Origin: Pristiophorus japonicus | Lineage: Eukaryota | Assembly (NCBI RefSeq): GCF_044704955.1 | Contig: NC_091987.1 | Coordinates: 148,366,001 to 148,430,000 of the forward strand | Direction: 5' to 3' | DNA length: 64,000 nt | Shown here: positions 50,365 to 61,699 of the stretch, piece by piece | How positions within the stretch are numbered: the first letter of the stretch is position 1 | How the letters are laid out: each line of letters opens with the position of its first letter | Translations under genes and position numbers: made by a program | The notes under the pieces: model-generated | The model's input: only the letters and a program-made list of their open reading frames with translations | What the model was told of the DNA's origin: nothing | Database searches by the model: none

Positions 50365-50858
50365 TTGCACATACCATTGCAGGGAGCAGCGCGTGCTGCT
50401 GCAGGAGGGTGATGGCTATGAAGCCTGGTCACTGATTGCAGTACGGGCAGGCACAGCAAGAGGGGCGAAGGAGCAGCAAGAGTCCATAGAGGGAAGTGAC
50501 CGGGGCCCAGGGGAGACGTGAATCTGGGGCCCAGAAGAAGCAAGGGCCCAGGGGCAGCACAGGCCAGCCCACACTGCGATATGTGTACGTGCTCAGTCTG
50601 TGCAACAGAGCTGGGCTCCAGTTAGTCTTGGGTAATCCTTGCCACTGGACCAAGACCTCGCTCTGTCAAGCTCGTGTGGTGGCTGGTGTGCAACGGCCAC
50701 CACATGTTATAAAAATCCACGCACAGGCATCTTCCACCCTTCATGATGTAGTTCAGGATCTGGAATATTGGGTCCTTCATTGAACCACCTGTGAACTCAT
50801 CCATTATTGGCGTGGAAGCAAGTCATCCTCGCTTCGAGGGACTGCCTATGATGATGAT
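50365..50858 (+). mobile_element. non-autonomous bipartite RTE-derived element (5'UTR + 3' tail), copy 1
   Basis: 5' part matches the RTE 5'UTR/ORF start (16440-16520 rc, 28540-28637); 3' part gtggaagcaagt...gagggactgcctatgatgatg matches the RTE tail at 27015 (rc). Confidence 0.8.
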
Positions 50859-51236
50859 TTCCCCCTCTGGGACCGGGTGTCACAGTGCGATAGATAGACT
50901 GACCTTTCCCATTTCTGGGATCGGGTGTCACAGTACCTTAGATACACTGTTCCTTCCCCCTACTGGGACCGGCTGTCACAGTACGTTAGATACACTGTCC
51001 TTTGCCCTTCTGGAACCGCGTGTCACAGTGCGTTTGATACACTGTCCTTTCCCCCTCTGGGACCGGGTGTCACAGTGCGTTTGATACACTGTCCTTTCAC
51101 TCTCTGGGACTGGGTGTCACAGTGCGTTAGATACACTGTCCTTTCCCCCTCTGGGACTGGTTGTTACAGGTTTTTAGACACACTGTCCTTTCCCCCTCTG
51201 GGACCGGGTGTCACACTGTGTTTGATACACTGTCCT

Positions 51237-51730
51237 GTGCACATACCATTGCAGGGAGCAGCGCGTGCTGCTGCAGGAGGGTGATGGCTATGAAGCCTGG
51301 TCACTGATTGCAGTACGGGCAGGCACAGCAAGAGGGGCGAAGGAGCAGCAAGAGTCCGTAGAGGGAAGTGACCGGGGCCCAGGAGAGACGTGAATCTGGG
51401 GCCCAGAAGAAGCAAGGGCCCAGGGGCAGCACAGGCCAGCCCACACTGCGATATGTGTACGTGCTCAGTCTGTGCAACAGAGCTGGGCTCCAGTTAGTCT
51501 TAGATAATCCTTGCCACTGGACCAAGACCTCGCTCTGTCAAGCTCGTGTGGTGGCTGGTGTGCAACGGCCACCACACGTTAAAAAAATCCATGCACAGGC
51601 ATCTTCCACCCTTCATGATGTAGTTCAAGATCTGGAATATTAAGTCCTTCATTGAACCACCTGTGAACTCATCTATTATTGGCGTGGAAGCAAGTCATCC
51701 TCGCTTCGAGGGACTGCCTATGATGATGAT
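51237..51730 (+). mobile_element. non-autonomous RTE-derived element, copy 2 (872-bp tandem duplication)
   Basis: Same sequence and same satellite flanks at offset 872. Confidence 0.8.
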
Positions 51731-52288
51731 TTCCCCCTCTGGGACCGGGTGTCACAGTGCGATAGATAGACTGACCTTTTCCCTTCTGGAATCGGGTGTC
51801 ACAGTACCTTAGATACACTGTTCCTTCCCCCTACTGGGACCGGCTGTCACAGTACGTCAGATCCACTGTCTTTTACCCTTCTGGAACCGCGTGTCACAGT
51901 ACGTTAGATACGCTCTCCTTTCCCCTTCTAGGACCGCGTGTCACAGTACCTTAGAAACACTGTTCTTTCCCCCTCTGGTACTGCGTGTCACAGTCCGTTT
52001 GATACACTGTCCTTTCCCCCTACTGGGACCGGGTGTCACAGTACATTAGATACACTCTCCTTTCCCTTTCTGGGACAAGGTGTCACCGTGTGTTAGATAC
52101 ACTGTCCTTTCCCCCTCTGGGACAAGGTGTCACCGTGTGTTAGATACAATGTCCTTTCCCCCTCTGGGACAAGGTGTCACCGTGTGTTAGATACAATGTC
52201 CTTTCCCCCTCTGGGACAAGGTGTCACAATGCGTTAGATACACATTCCCTTATCCCGCTGGGACCGGGTGACACACTGTGTTTGATAC

Positions 52289-54105
52289 AATCAATATGGA
52301 GGTTAAAATCACCCATGATTATTGCTGTTCCCTTTTTACAAGCCCCCACTATTTCCTGGTTTATGCTCCGACCAACAGAGTTGCTACTGTTAGGGGGCCT
52401 ATAGACTATGCCCACCAGTGACTTTTTCCCCTTATTATTCCTTATCTCCACCCAAACCGTTTCAACATCCTGATCTTTTGAGCCCATATCGTTTCTCACT
52501 ATTGCAGTGATTCCATCCTTTATCAATAGAGCTACCCCACCTCCTTTTCCTGTCTGTCTGTCCTTCTGGATTGTCAAGTACCCCTGAATATTTAATTCCC
52601 AGTCCTGGTCACCTTGCCACCATGTCTCTGTAATGGCTATCAGATCATACCCATTTGTATCTATTTGTGCCGTCAACTCATCTATTTTGCTACGAATGCT
52701 TCATGCATTTAGACAAAGAACCTTTAAATTTGTTGTTTTTTACCATTTTTTCTGCTTCATTCCTCTCTCCTTCAAACTCACTTTCTTTATTTTTGCTTTC
52801 TAATTCCAGCTTTACTCCTCTCCCTAATGAATCTATTTTCAGGTTCCCATCCCCCCGCCAAGCTAATTTAAACCCTCTCTAACAGCACTAGCAACCCCGT
52901 CCCCGTGAGGATATTGGTCTTGGCTCTGTTGAGGTACAACCCGTCTGCCTTGTACAGGTCCCACCTCCCCCAGAAGCGGTCTCAATGCCTCAGGAAACTA
53001 AAGCCCTCCCTCCTGCACCATCTCTCCAGCCACGCATTCATCCACTCTATCCTTCTGTTTCTGTATTCACTAGCTCGTGGCACTGGGAGTAATCTGGAGA
53101 TTACCATCTTTGAGGTCCTGCTTTTTAATTTCTCTCCCAGCTCCCTAAACTCTGCCTGCAGGAGCTCATCCCTCTTTCTACCTATGTCATTGGTCCTGAT
53201 ATGGACCACGACCTCCGGGTGTTCACCCTCTCCCCCCAGAATGCCTTGCAGCCACTCAGTGACATCCTTGACCCTGGCATCAGGGAGGCAACATACCATC
53301 CTGGAGTCACGTCTGCGGCCGCAGAAACGCCTGTCTGCTCCCCTGACTATTGAATCCCCTACCACTATAGCTCTTCCATTCTTCTTACTCCCCCCCCCCC
53401 CCCGCCGTGTGCAGCTGAGCCACCCGTGGTGCCGTTGCACTCCCCAGAGGCACCATCGCCCCCACCAGTACTCAGAACAGAGGTTGGAGAGCGAGATGGA
53501 CTCAGGGAACTCCTGCACTACCTGCCGAGTCCTCTTCTGTCCGGCGGTCACCCACTCCCTCTCTACCTGCACACTCTTAAGCTGCGGGGTGACCACCTCT
53601 AGAAACCTGCTATCCATGTAGCTCTCAGTTTCACGGATGCATCGCAGTGACTCCAGCCGCCGCAACAGTTCCAAAACACGGAGCTCGAGTTGGTGCAGCT
53701 GGAGACACCTCCTGCACACGTGGTCGTCCCGGCTGCACGAAGTGTCCAGGATTTCCCACATGCCGCAGGATGTGCACTCCACGGGACTGAGCTGCCCTGC
53801 CATCCCTCTGGTTACACTCGGAACTATCGAGTAGGACTAAACTCCAAACCTTAGCACAACACGCCCAGCAAACAGTTGTTTAATTAATGAGTTCTCCTTA
53901 GATAATAAAGATCACTTATCTATTTAATTGCAGGTCCTAACTTACATCAAAGCCCAAGGTTTTTTAAAGGAAAGACAAATACTCACCAATCCACCAGCCA
54001 ATCACTTGGCTGTGACGTCACACTTTGATTTTCATTCTTTTTACTTTTTTTCCCTTACTCCTGACACTGCTGCAGCTCGTTCCTCCCGGCTCCTCCGACC
54101 TCTCT
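52289..54105 (-). mobile_element. CR1 5' portion: 5'UTR, degraded ORF1 and start of ORF2 endonuclease
   Basis: ORF 52982-53803 (CTSC..CRRC, VVGDSIVRG); ORF 52224-52676 (ITETW, YRPP, GDFN). Confidence 0.88.
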
Positions 54106-57100
54106 CATACTCTCACTCTTTCTCCCTCTCCCTGTTTCACTCACTCTCACTCTCCCTGTTTCACTCTCTCTCACCCTCACCCTCCCTGTTTCACGTTCAC
54201 TCTCCCTCTTTCTCTGTTTTTCTCTCTCTCACTCTTTCTCACTAACTTTCTCTCTCTCTCCCTATTTCACTCTATCATTCTCCCTCTTCCTGTTTCACTC
54301 ACTCACTCTCTCCTTCTCTCTCCCTGCTTCACTGTCTTTCACTCTCTCTATTCCTCTCTCCCTGTTTCTCTCACTCACTTGCTCCCTCCCTGTTTCACTT
54401 TCTCTCCCTCTCCCTGTTTCACTCTCACTCTTTCACGCTTTCTCCCTCACTCTCCCTGTTTCACTCTTACTTTCCCTGTTTCAATCCCTCACTCTCTCTC
54501 CCTGTTTCTCTCTCTCTCCCTGTTTCACTCTCTCATTCTCTCTCTCCCTGTTTCACTCACTCGTTCCCTCTCTCTCCCTGGTTCACTCTCTCTCTCTCGC
54601 TCTCCCTCTTTCCCTGTTTCTCTCACTTTCTCCCTCCGTTTCACTTTCTCTCCCTCTCCCTGTTTCACTCTCACTCTTTCACGCTTTCTCCCTCACTCTC
54701 CCTGTTTCACTCTCACTTTCCCTGTTTCAATCCCTCACTCCCTGTTTCAATCTCTCACTCTCTCTCCCTGTTTCTTTCTCTCTCCCTGTTTCACTCTCTC
54801 ATTCTCCCTCTTCCTGTTTCACTCTCTCTCATTCTCCCTCTTCCTGTTTCACTCTCTCTCATTCTCTCTCTCCCTGTTTCACTCACTCATTCTCTCACTC
54901 ATTCTCGCCCTCTCTCTCCCTGGTTCATTGTCTCTCTCTCTCTCTCTCTCCCTGTTTCTCTCACTTTCTCCCTCCCTGTTTCTCTTTCTCTCCCTCTCCC
55001 TGTTTCACTCTCACTCTTTCACTTTCACTCCCTCACCCTGTTTCACTCTCTCTCGCTCCCTGTTTCACACTCTCACTCTCCCTGTTTCAATCTCTCACTC
55101 CCTGTTTCAATCTCTCACTCCCTGTTTCACTCTCTCATTCTCTTTCGCTCCCTGTTTAACTCTCACTCTCACACTCACTCTCCCTGTTTCACTCTCACTC
55201 TCCCTCTTTCTCTGTTTCACTCTCTCTCACTCTCCCTGTTTCACTCTCTCTCACCCTCACCCTCCCTGTTTCACGTTCACTCTCCCTCTTTCTCTGTTTT
55301 TCTCTCTCTCACTCTTTCTCACTAACTTTCTCTCTCTCTCCCTATTTCACTCTATCATTCTCCCTCTTCCTGTTTCACTCACTCACTCTCTCCTTCTCTC
55401 TCCCTGCTTCACTGTCTTTCACTCTCTCTATTCCTCTCTCCCTGTTTCTCTCACTCACTTGCTCCCTCCCTGTTTCACTTTCTCTCCCTCTCCCTGTTTC
55501 ACTCTCACTCTTTCACGCTTTCTCCCTCACTCTCCCTGTTTCACTCTTACTTTCCCTGTTTCAATCCCTCACTCTCTCTCCCTGTTTCTCTCTCTCTCCC
55601 TGTTTCACTCTCTCATTCTCTCTCTCCCTGTTTCACTCACTCGTTCCCTCTCTCTCCCTGGTTCACTCTCTCTCTCTCGCTCTCCCTCTTTCCCTGTTTC
55701 TCTCACTTTCTCCCTCCGTTTCACTTTCTCTCCCTCTCCCTGTTTCACTCTCACTCTTTCACGCTTTCTCCCTCACTCTCCCTGTTTCACTCTCACTTTC
55801 CCTGTTTCAATCCCTCACTCCCTGTTTCAATCTCTCACTCTCTCTCCCTGTTTCTTTCTCTCTCCCTGTTTCACTCTCTCATTCTCCCTCTTCCTGTTTC
55901 ACTCTCTCTCATTCTCCCTCTTCCTGTTTCACTCTCTCTCATTCTCTCTCTCCCTGTTTCACTCACTCATTCTCTCACTCATTCTCGCCCTCTCTCTCCC
56001 TGGTTCATTGTCTCTCTCTCTCTCTCTCCCTGTTTCTCTCACTTTCTCCCTCCCTGTTTCTCTTTCTCTCCCTCTCCCTGTTTCACTCTCACTCTTTCAC
56101 TTTCACTCCCTCACCCTGTTTCACTCTCTCTCGCTCCCTGTTTCACACTCTCACTCTCCCTGTTTCAATCTCTCACTCCCTGTTTCAATCTCTCACTCCC
56201 TGTTTCACTCTCTCATTCTCTTTCGCTCCCTGTTTAACTCTCACTCTCACACTCACTCTCCCTGTTTCACTCTCACTCTCCCTCTTTCTCTGTTTCACTC
56301 TCTCTCACTCTGTCTTTCTCATAACGTTCTCTCTCACTCTCCCTGTTTCACTCTCTCATTCTCACTCTCCCTGTTTAACTCACTCCCTCTATCCCTCTCT
56401 CTCCCTGGTTCACAGTCTCTTACTCTTTCCCTGTTTCCCTCCCCCTCTCTTTCCCTCCCTGTTTCCCTCCCCCTCTCTTTCCCTCCCTGTTTCACTATCT
56501 CCCCCTCTCCCCATTTCACTCTCACTCTTTCTCCCTCACTCACCCTGTTTCACTCTCCCTCACTCCCTGTTTCACACTCTCACTCTCCCTGTTTCAATCT
56601 CTCACTCCCTGTTTCAATCTCTCTCTCTCGCTCTGTTTCTCTCACTCTCTCTGTTTCTCTCTCTCCGTTTCCCTATCTCACTCTCTCTCTCCCTATTTCA
56701 CTCTCTCTCTCACTCTCCCTGTTTCACTCTTTCTCACTCTCCCTGTTTCACTCTCTCCCTGATTCACTCTCTCCATCTCCATGTTTCACTCACTCCCACT
56801 GTTTCACTCTCTCTCTCTCACCCTCTCCCTGTTTAACACTCTCTCTCTCTCACTCACTCACTAACTCTCTCTCACTCTCCGTTTCACTCTCACTCTCATT
56901 CTTAACGATTCACTCTATCTCTCTCACTTACAAACTCTCTCTCACTTTACCTGCCCGTTTAACTCTCACTCTCCCTCATTTCTCTCTCTCCCTGTTTCAC
57001 TCTCTCTCTCCCTACTTCACTCTCTTTCACACTCACTCTCTCTGTTTCACAATCACTCTCCTTTCTGTTTCACTCTCTCCAACTCTCACTCTCTCACTAA

Positions 57101-57925
57101 CTTTCTCTCTCTCACTCTCTCTGTTTCACTCTCACTCGTCCTGTTTCACTTTCTCACTCTTTCTCTCCGTTTAACTCTCTCTCTCTCTCACTCTCCTTGT
57201 TTCACTCTCACTCTCACTGTTTCACTCTCTCACTCTATCTCTCTCACTTACTCACCAACTCCCTCTCTCTCTCTCTCTCACTCTCCCTGTTTCACTCTCT
57301 CACTCTCCCTGTTTCACTCTCTCACTCTCCCACTCCCTATTTCACTCTCTCTCTCTCCCTGTTCCATACTCTCTCTCTCCCTGTTTCACTCTCTCTTACT
57401 CTCCCTGTTTCTCTCACTCACTCGCCCTGTTTCACTCTCTCTCACTCTCTCTTGCCCTGTTTCACTTTCTCACTCTCTCCCCGTTTAACTCTCTCTCACT
57501 CTCTCTCTCTCTCTCTCTCACTCTCACTCTCACTCTCCCTGTTTCACTCTCTCACTCGTCCTGTTTCACTCTCACGCTGTTTCACTTTCTCACTCTCCGT
57601 TTAACTCTCTCACTCTCTCACTCTCCCTGTTTCACTCTCACTCTCCCTGTTTCACGGTCTCTCTCACTCTCTCCGTTTCATTCTCTGACACTCCACTCTC
57701 CCTGTTTCATTCTCTCTCACACTCTCTTGCCCTGTTTCACCCTCTCACTCTATCTCCGTTTAACTCTCTCTTTCACTCTCTCTCACACTCTCACTCTCCG
57801 TTTCACTCTCTCACACTCCCTGTTTCACACTCTCGCTCTCACTCTCACTCTCACTTTTTCACTCTCACTCTCACTCTCACTTTTTCACTCTCACTCTCAC
57901 TCTCACTCACTGACTCTCCCTGTTT
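54105..57925. repeat. 3.8-kb pyrimidine-rich repeat built on CCCTGTTTCACTCTC, with a near-exact 1080-bp higher-order duplication
   Basis: The line at 54181 is identical to 55261 and this continues for about 1.08 kb. Confidence 0.93.
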
Positions 57926-57999
57926 AATTAACTCATTCATTCATTCACTCCCTTTCTCTGTTTTATCTCTTTCCATGAAACGAGCTGGGTGATAATTTA

Positions 58000-58150
58000 A
58001 ACATTCCCCGGTTGTTCTGCCTGGTAACAATGACATCATGCTGAGTCTATTTATTATTGGACAGCCCCATCAGTCAGCGCCGCCCCATGGTCTCCAAGGG
58101 ATCTCCCTGTGACTGGGATGTGAAGCGGTCTCTCAGCACTAGGGGCGGAG
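58000..58150 (+). promoter_or_regulatory. MHC-type X1-X2-Y promoter module with kB-like half site and GC box
   Basis: AACATTCCCC 58000-58009; RFX-like TGCCTGGTAACA 58018-58029; CRE-like TGACATCA 58031-58038; inverted CCAAT ATTGG 58056-58060; GGGGCGGAG 58142-58150. Confidence 0.6.
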
Positions 58151-58184
58151 TGAGCTTTCTTAAGGTCCAGACCCACAGCACATT

Positions 58185-58262
58185 GCTGCAAATCTCAGCG
58201 GCTCAGGGCAGCGTCTGTGGAGAGAAACCGAGTTAACGTTCCAGGTCTGTGACTCTTCGTCT
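58185..58262. mobile_element. possible Penelope-like terminal repeat remnant
   Basis: gcagcgtctgtggagagaaaccgagttaacgttccaggtc resembles a common shark PLE repeat as I recall it; not verifiable here. Confidence 0.4.
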
Positions 58263-58284
58263 CACAAGGCCTGTTCAGCAGGTA

Positions 58285-59385
58285 AGGGGGTAATACATTA
58301 GCATAGATAGAGGATTGGCTAACAACCAGAAAACAGAGAGTCGAGATAAATGGTTCATTCGCGGGTTGGCAATCAGTAACTAGTGGGGTGACACAGGGAT
58401 CAGTGCTGGGACCGCAACTATTTACAATTTATATTAACGACTTGGAAGAAAGGACCGAGTGTAACGAAGCCAAGTTTGCTGACGATATAAAGATGGGAGG
58501 AAAAGCAATTTGTGAGGAGGACACAAAAATTCTGCAAAAGGACATTGACAGGCTAAGTGAGTGGGCAAAAATTTGGCAGATGGAGTATAATATTGGAAAG
58601 TGTGAGGTCATGCACTTTGGCAGAAAAAAATCAAAGAGCAGGTTATATTTAAATGGAGAAAGATTGCAAAGTGCTGCAGTACAGCGGGACCTGGGGTACT
58701 TTAGCATGAAACACAAAAGGTTAGTATGCAGGTACAGCAAGTGATCAGGCTCTTGGCCATTATTACAAAGGAGATGGAATATAAAAGCAGCGAAGTCTTG
58801 CTACAGTTATACAGGGTATTGGAGAGGCCACACCTGGAATACTACGTGCAATTTTGATTTCCATATTTACGAAAGGACATACTTGCTTTGGAGGCAGTTC
58901 AGAGAAGGTTCACTAGGTTGATTCCGGGGATAAAGGGGTTGACTTATGAGGAAAGGTTGAGCAGGTTGGACCTCTACTCATTGGGATTCAGAAGAATGAG
59001 AGGTGATCTTATCAAAAAGTACAAGATTATGAGGGGGCTTGACAAGGTGGATGCAGAGGGGATGTTTCCACTGATAGGAGAGATTAGAACTAGTGGGCAT
59101 AATCTTAGAATAAGGTTATTTAAAACTGAGATGAGGAGGAATTTCTTCTCTCAGAGAGTTGTAAATCTGTGGAATTCTCTGCCTCAGAGAGTTGTGGAAG
59201 CTGGGACATTGAATAAATTTAAGACAGCGATAGACAGTTTCTTAACCGATAAGGGATTAAGGGGTTATGGGGAGCGGGCAGAGAAGTGGACCTGAGTCCA
59301 TGGTCGGATCAGCCATGCTCGTATTAAATGGTGGAGCTCAAGGGGCCGTATGGCCTACTCCTGCTCCTATTTCTTATGTTCTTAC
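58285..59385 (+). mobile_element. 5'-truncated CR1 (TTCTTATG tail)
   Basis: ORFs 58388-58744 (QGSVLGP, FADD) and 58888-59295. Confidence 0.9.
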
Positions 59386-59639
59386 GTCGAGGGCAGGCGG
59401 GAGCGAGGAACACGGTCAGAAGAGGCCAGTGTGAGTGTAATTTATACTGTGGGGGGCCTGGAGGAATAGGATTGATTCCCCTGGGCTCCAGACAGAGTCA
59501 CTGGGCCTGTCCAGCCCCAGACTTCCCTTTCCCTCCCACCACAGCAGCTCGCTTCAGACCCCTTCTCCCAGCAGCACCCTTCAGATCCCCCCTCCCCCCA
59601 CCAGCAGCAGATATCCAACTCACCTGGGGCTGCTGCCCA

Positions 59640-60400
59640 CCCTCCCTCTCTGCCCCTTCCATCTCTGCCTCCTCCCCTTCTATCTCTGCCCCTGCCCACT
59701 GCCTCTCTGCCCCCTCCATCTCTGCCCCCTCCATCTCTGCCCCCTCCATCTCTGCCCCCTCCATCTCTGCCCCCTCCATCTCTTCCCCCTCCCCTTTCCG
59801 TCTCTGCCCCTTCCGTCTCTGCCCCTTCTGTCTCTGCCCCTTCCGTCTCTGCCTCCTCCATCTCTGCCCCCTCCCCTTCCATCTCTGCCCCTCCCCCTGC
59901 CCCTCTGTCTCTGCCCCTGCCCACTGCCTCTCTGCCCTCTCCCCCTGCATCTCTGCCCTCTCCCTGCATCTCTGCCCTCTCCCCCTGCATCTCTGCCCTC
60001 TCCCCTGCCTCTCTGTCCCCTCCCCCTGCCTCTCTGCCCTCTCTCCCCGCCTCTCTGTCCCCTCCCCCTGCCTCTCTGTCCCCTCCCCCTGCCTCTCTGC
60101 TCTCTCTCCCCGCCTCTCTGCCCTCTCCCCCTGCCTCTCTGTCCCCTCCCCCTGCCTCTCTGTCCCCTCCCCCTGCCTCTCTGCCCTCTCTCCCCGCCTT
60201 CTCCCCCTGCATCTCTGCCCTCTCCCCCTGCCTCTTTGTCCCCTCCCCCTGCCTCTCTGCCCTCTCTCCCCGCCTCTCTGTCCCCTCCCCCTGCCTCTCT
60301 GCCCTCTCCCCCCGCCTCTCTGTCCCCTCGCCCTGCCTCTCTGCCCGCTCCATCTCTTCCCCCTCCTCCTCTCTCTCTGCCCCCTCCATCTCTGTCCCTT
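59640..60400. repeat. C/T-rich minisatellite (CTCTGCCCC core, 15- to 21-bp units)
   Basis: direct reading. Confidence 0.9.
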
Positions 60401-61699
60401 CCGTCTCACTTTTTTGGGGCGGAATCAGCAGAATGGGCGATTTAACGTTACATTCCTCACGGACTTAACGCTGAGATTCAATAATAACGCACGGCGACTT
60501 TTTTTGTCGTAAAGAGCATATTTACCCAAACTAGCGGCCATGGAGATCTCCCACCGTCAATTGCAGCACTTCGCGCACACATTGCCCAGAATATCGGCCA
60601 CTCAAAAAACCGCCCACAATAAGTGGAACTAACCGGGACGGATGCTAGCGGTGTGGCTGGCATTTGTTAAATCCCACTGTTACACGAGGAGCTGATATCT
60701 GAAAGATTTGCCTGAAAGAGTGTTGATGTGAGTGACAACGCTGACACACTGCTGTGTGTGTGCAGCTCAGACATCAATGGTGCCCATCAGCTTGGTGCCA
60801 GTTAAAGTTTACGTTGATTGATGTAAAGTTGTACTTAACCCTTTCACAGTAAGGAATCACCACTGTGTAACTGTCCAGCTATTTGAGACAATGCACAACA
60901 AGGTTATGTTCAATAACAAAAATGTAATACCAACATTGGTCTGAAATCATAAATATCACAGCCAATAACACCCAACCTTTTCCACCATTGACATCAATCA
61001 CATGGTCAACATGTTCAGCAACAGAGAATACAAAGGCAAAGCAGGAGCGTGGTCCCCAGCCCCCATACATTGCAACAAATTGTATACATCCAGATGGCGA
61101 TATAACACAGCCATCACCTGCACACATGCACCTCACTTTCTTCTCCCCACCTCTGTCCCTTCCCCTGCTCGCTCCATGGCGCCTGGCCGAGGAGCTCCTC
61201 AGGCAGTGTCTCATTGGTGGGGGATGAAGGCAGATGCGTTGGTTGGACGGATACGGGAGCGGGGGGTGTCGAGGGGGCAACATTCTCTGATGCAGAAGCA
61301 GGATCTTGGTCCTTGCTCTCATCTGACGTTCGCAGTGGTGGTGCGGAACCTAGGGGTGGAGTGCCACGCTCTGGGACCACTGGGAGGGCTGTGGCAGCAG
61401 TGTTCCTGACTATCGCATCCAGGGACTCCGCCATGCACGGAATGTACTCGGTCATGGTGGCCAGGTGTCAGGATATGCCCCCAGTGCTTCGATGAGCTGG
61501 TCACCCGTGTCTGCAGTCCTCCTGGACAACTGAACCATCTCGCCGCTGTCATGTCGTGCTCGTGGAACAAACCTGCCGCTTCCACGAGGCCTCCGCGGGG
61601 TCGGCACCGTCCTGGGAACAAATGGGGAGCCCTGTGGTGAGGTGCTTGGGGCCGGCACCTCCAGAGTGGACCAATAGATGGCCTTAGGGTGAATGGGTT

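Larger units (their letters stand above)
42461..52288. repeat. 47-bp satellite (GGGACCGGGTGTCACAGTGCGTTAGATACACTGTCCTTTCCCCCTCT)n at 42461-43104 and 48091-52288, interrupted by insertions
   Basis: 47-bp period read directly (e.g. 50051 to 50098). Confidence 0.93.

Noticed and set aside
42461-52288. CACAGTG (RAG RSS heptamer) in most 47-bp units, and CACTGTG in the 48-bp intronic repeat
   Set aside because: No ACAAAAACC-like nonamer at 12 or 23 nt and no V/D/J segments; at most cryptic heptamers
42461-52288. CRISPR-like look of a short partly palindromic repeat (ACAGTG...CACTGT)
   Set aside because: Head-to-tail units without unique spacers, no cas genes, vertebrate context
54025-57174. 1049-aa ORF
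   Set aside because: Translation of a C/T repeat that rarely forms stop codons; low complexity, no domain
58221-58265. Hammerhead ribozyme in the Penelope-like remnant
   Set aside because: The core boxes are broken on the minus strand (GAGACGA instead of CTGANGA, GGAAC instead of GAAAC)
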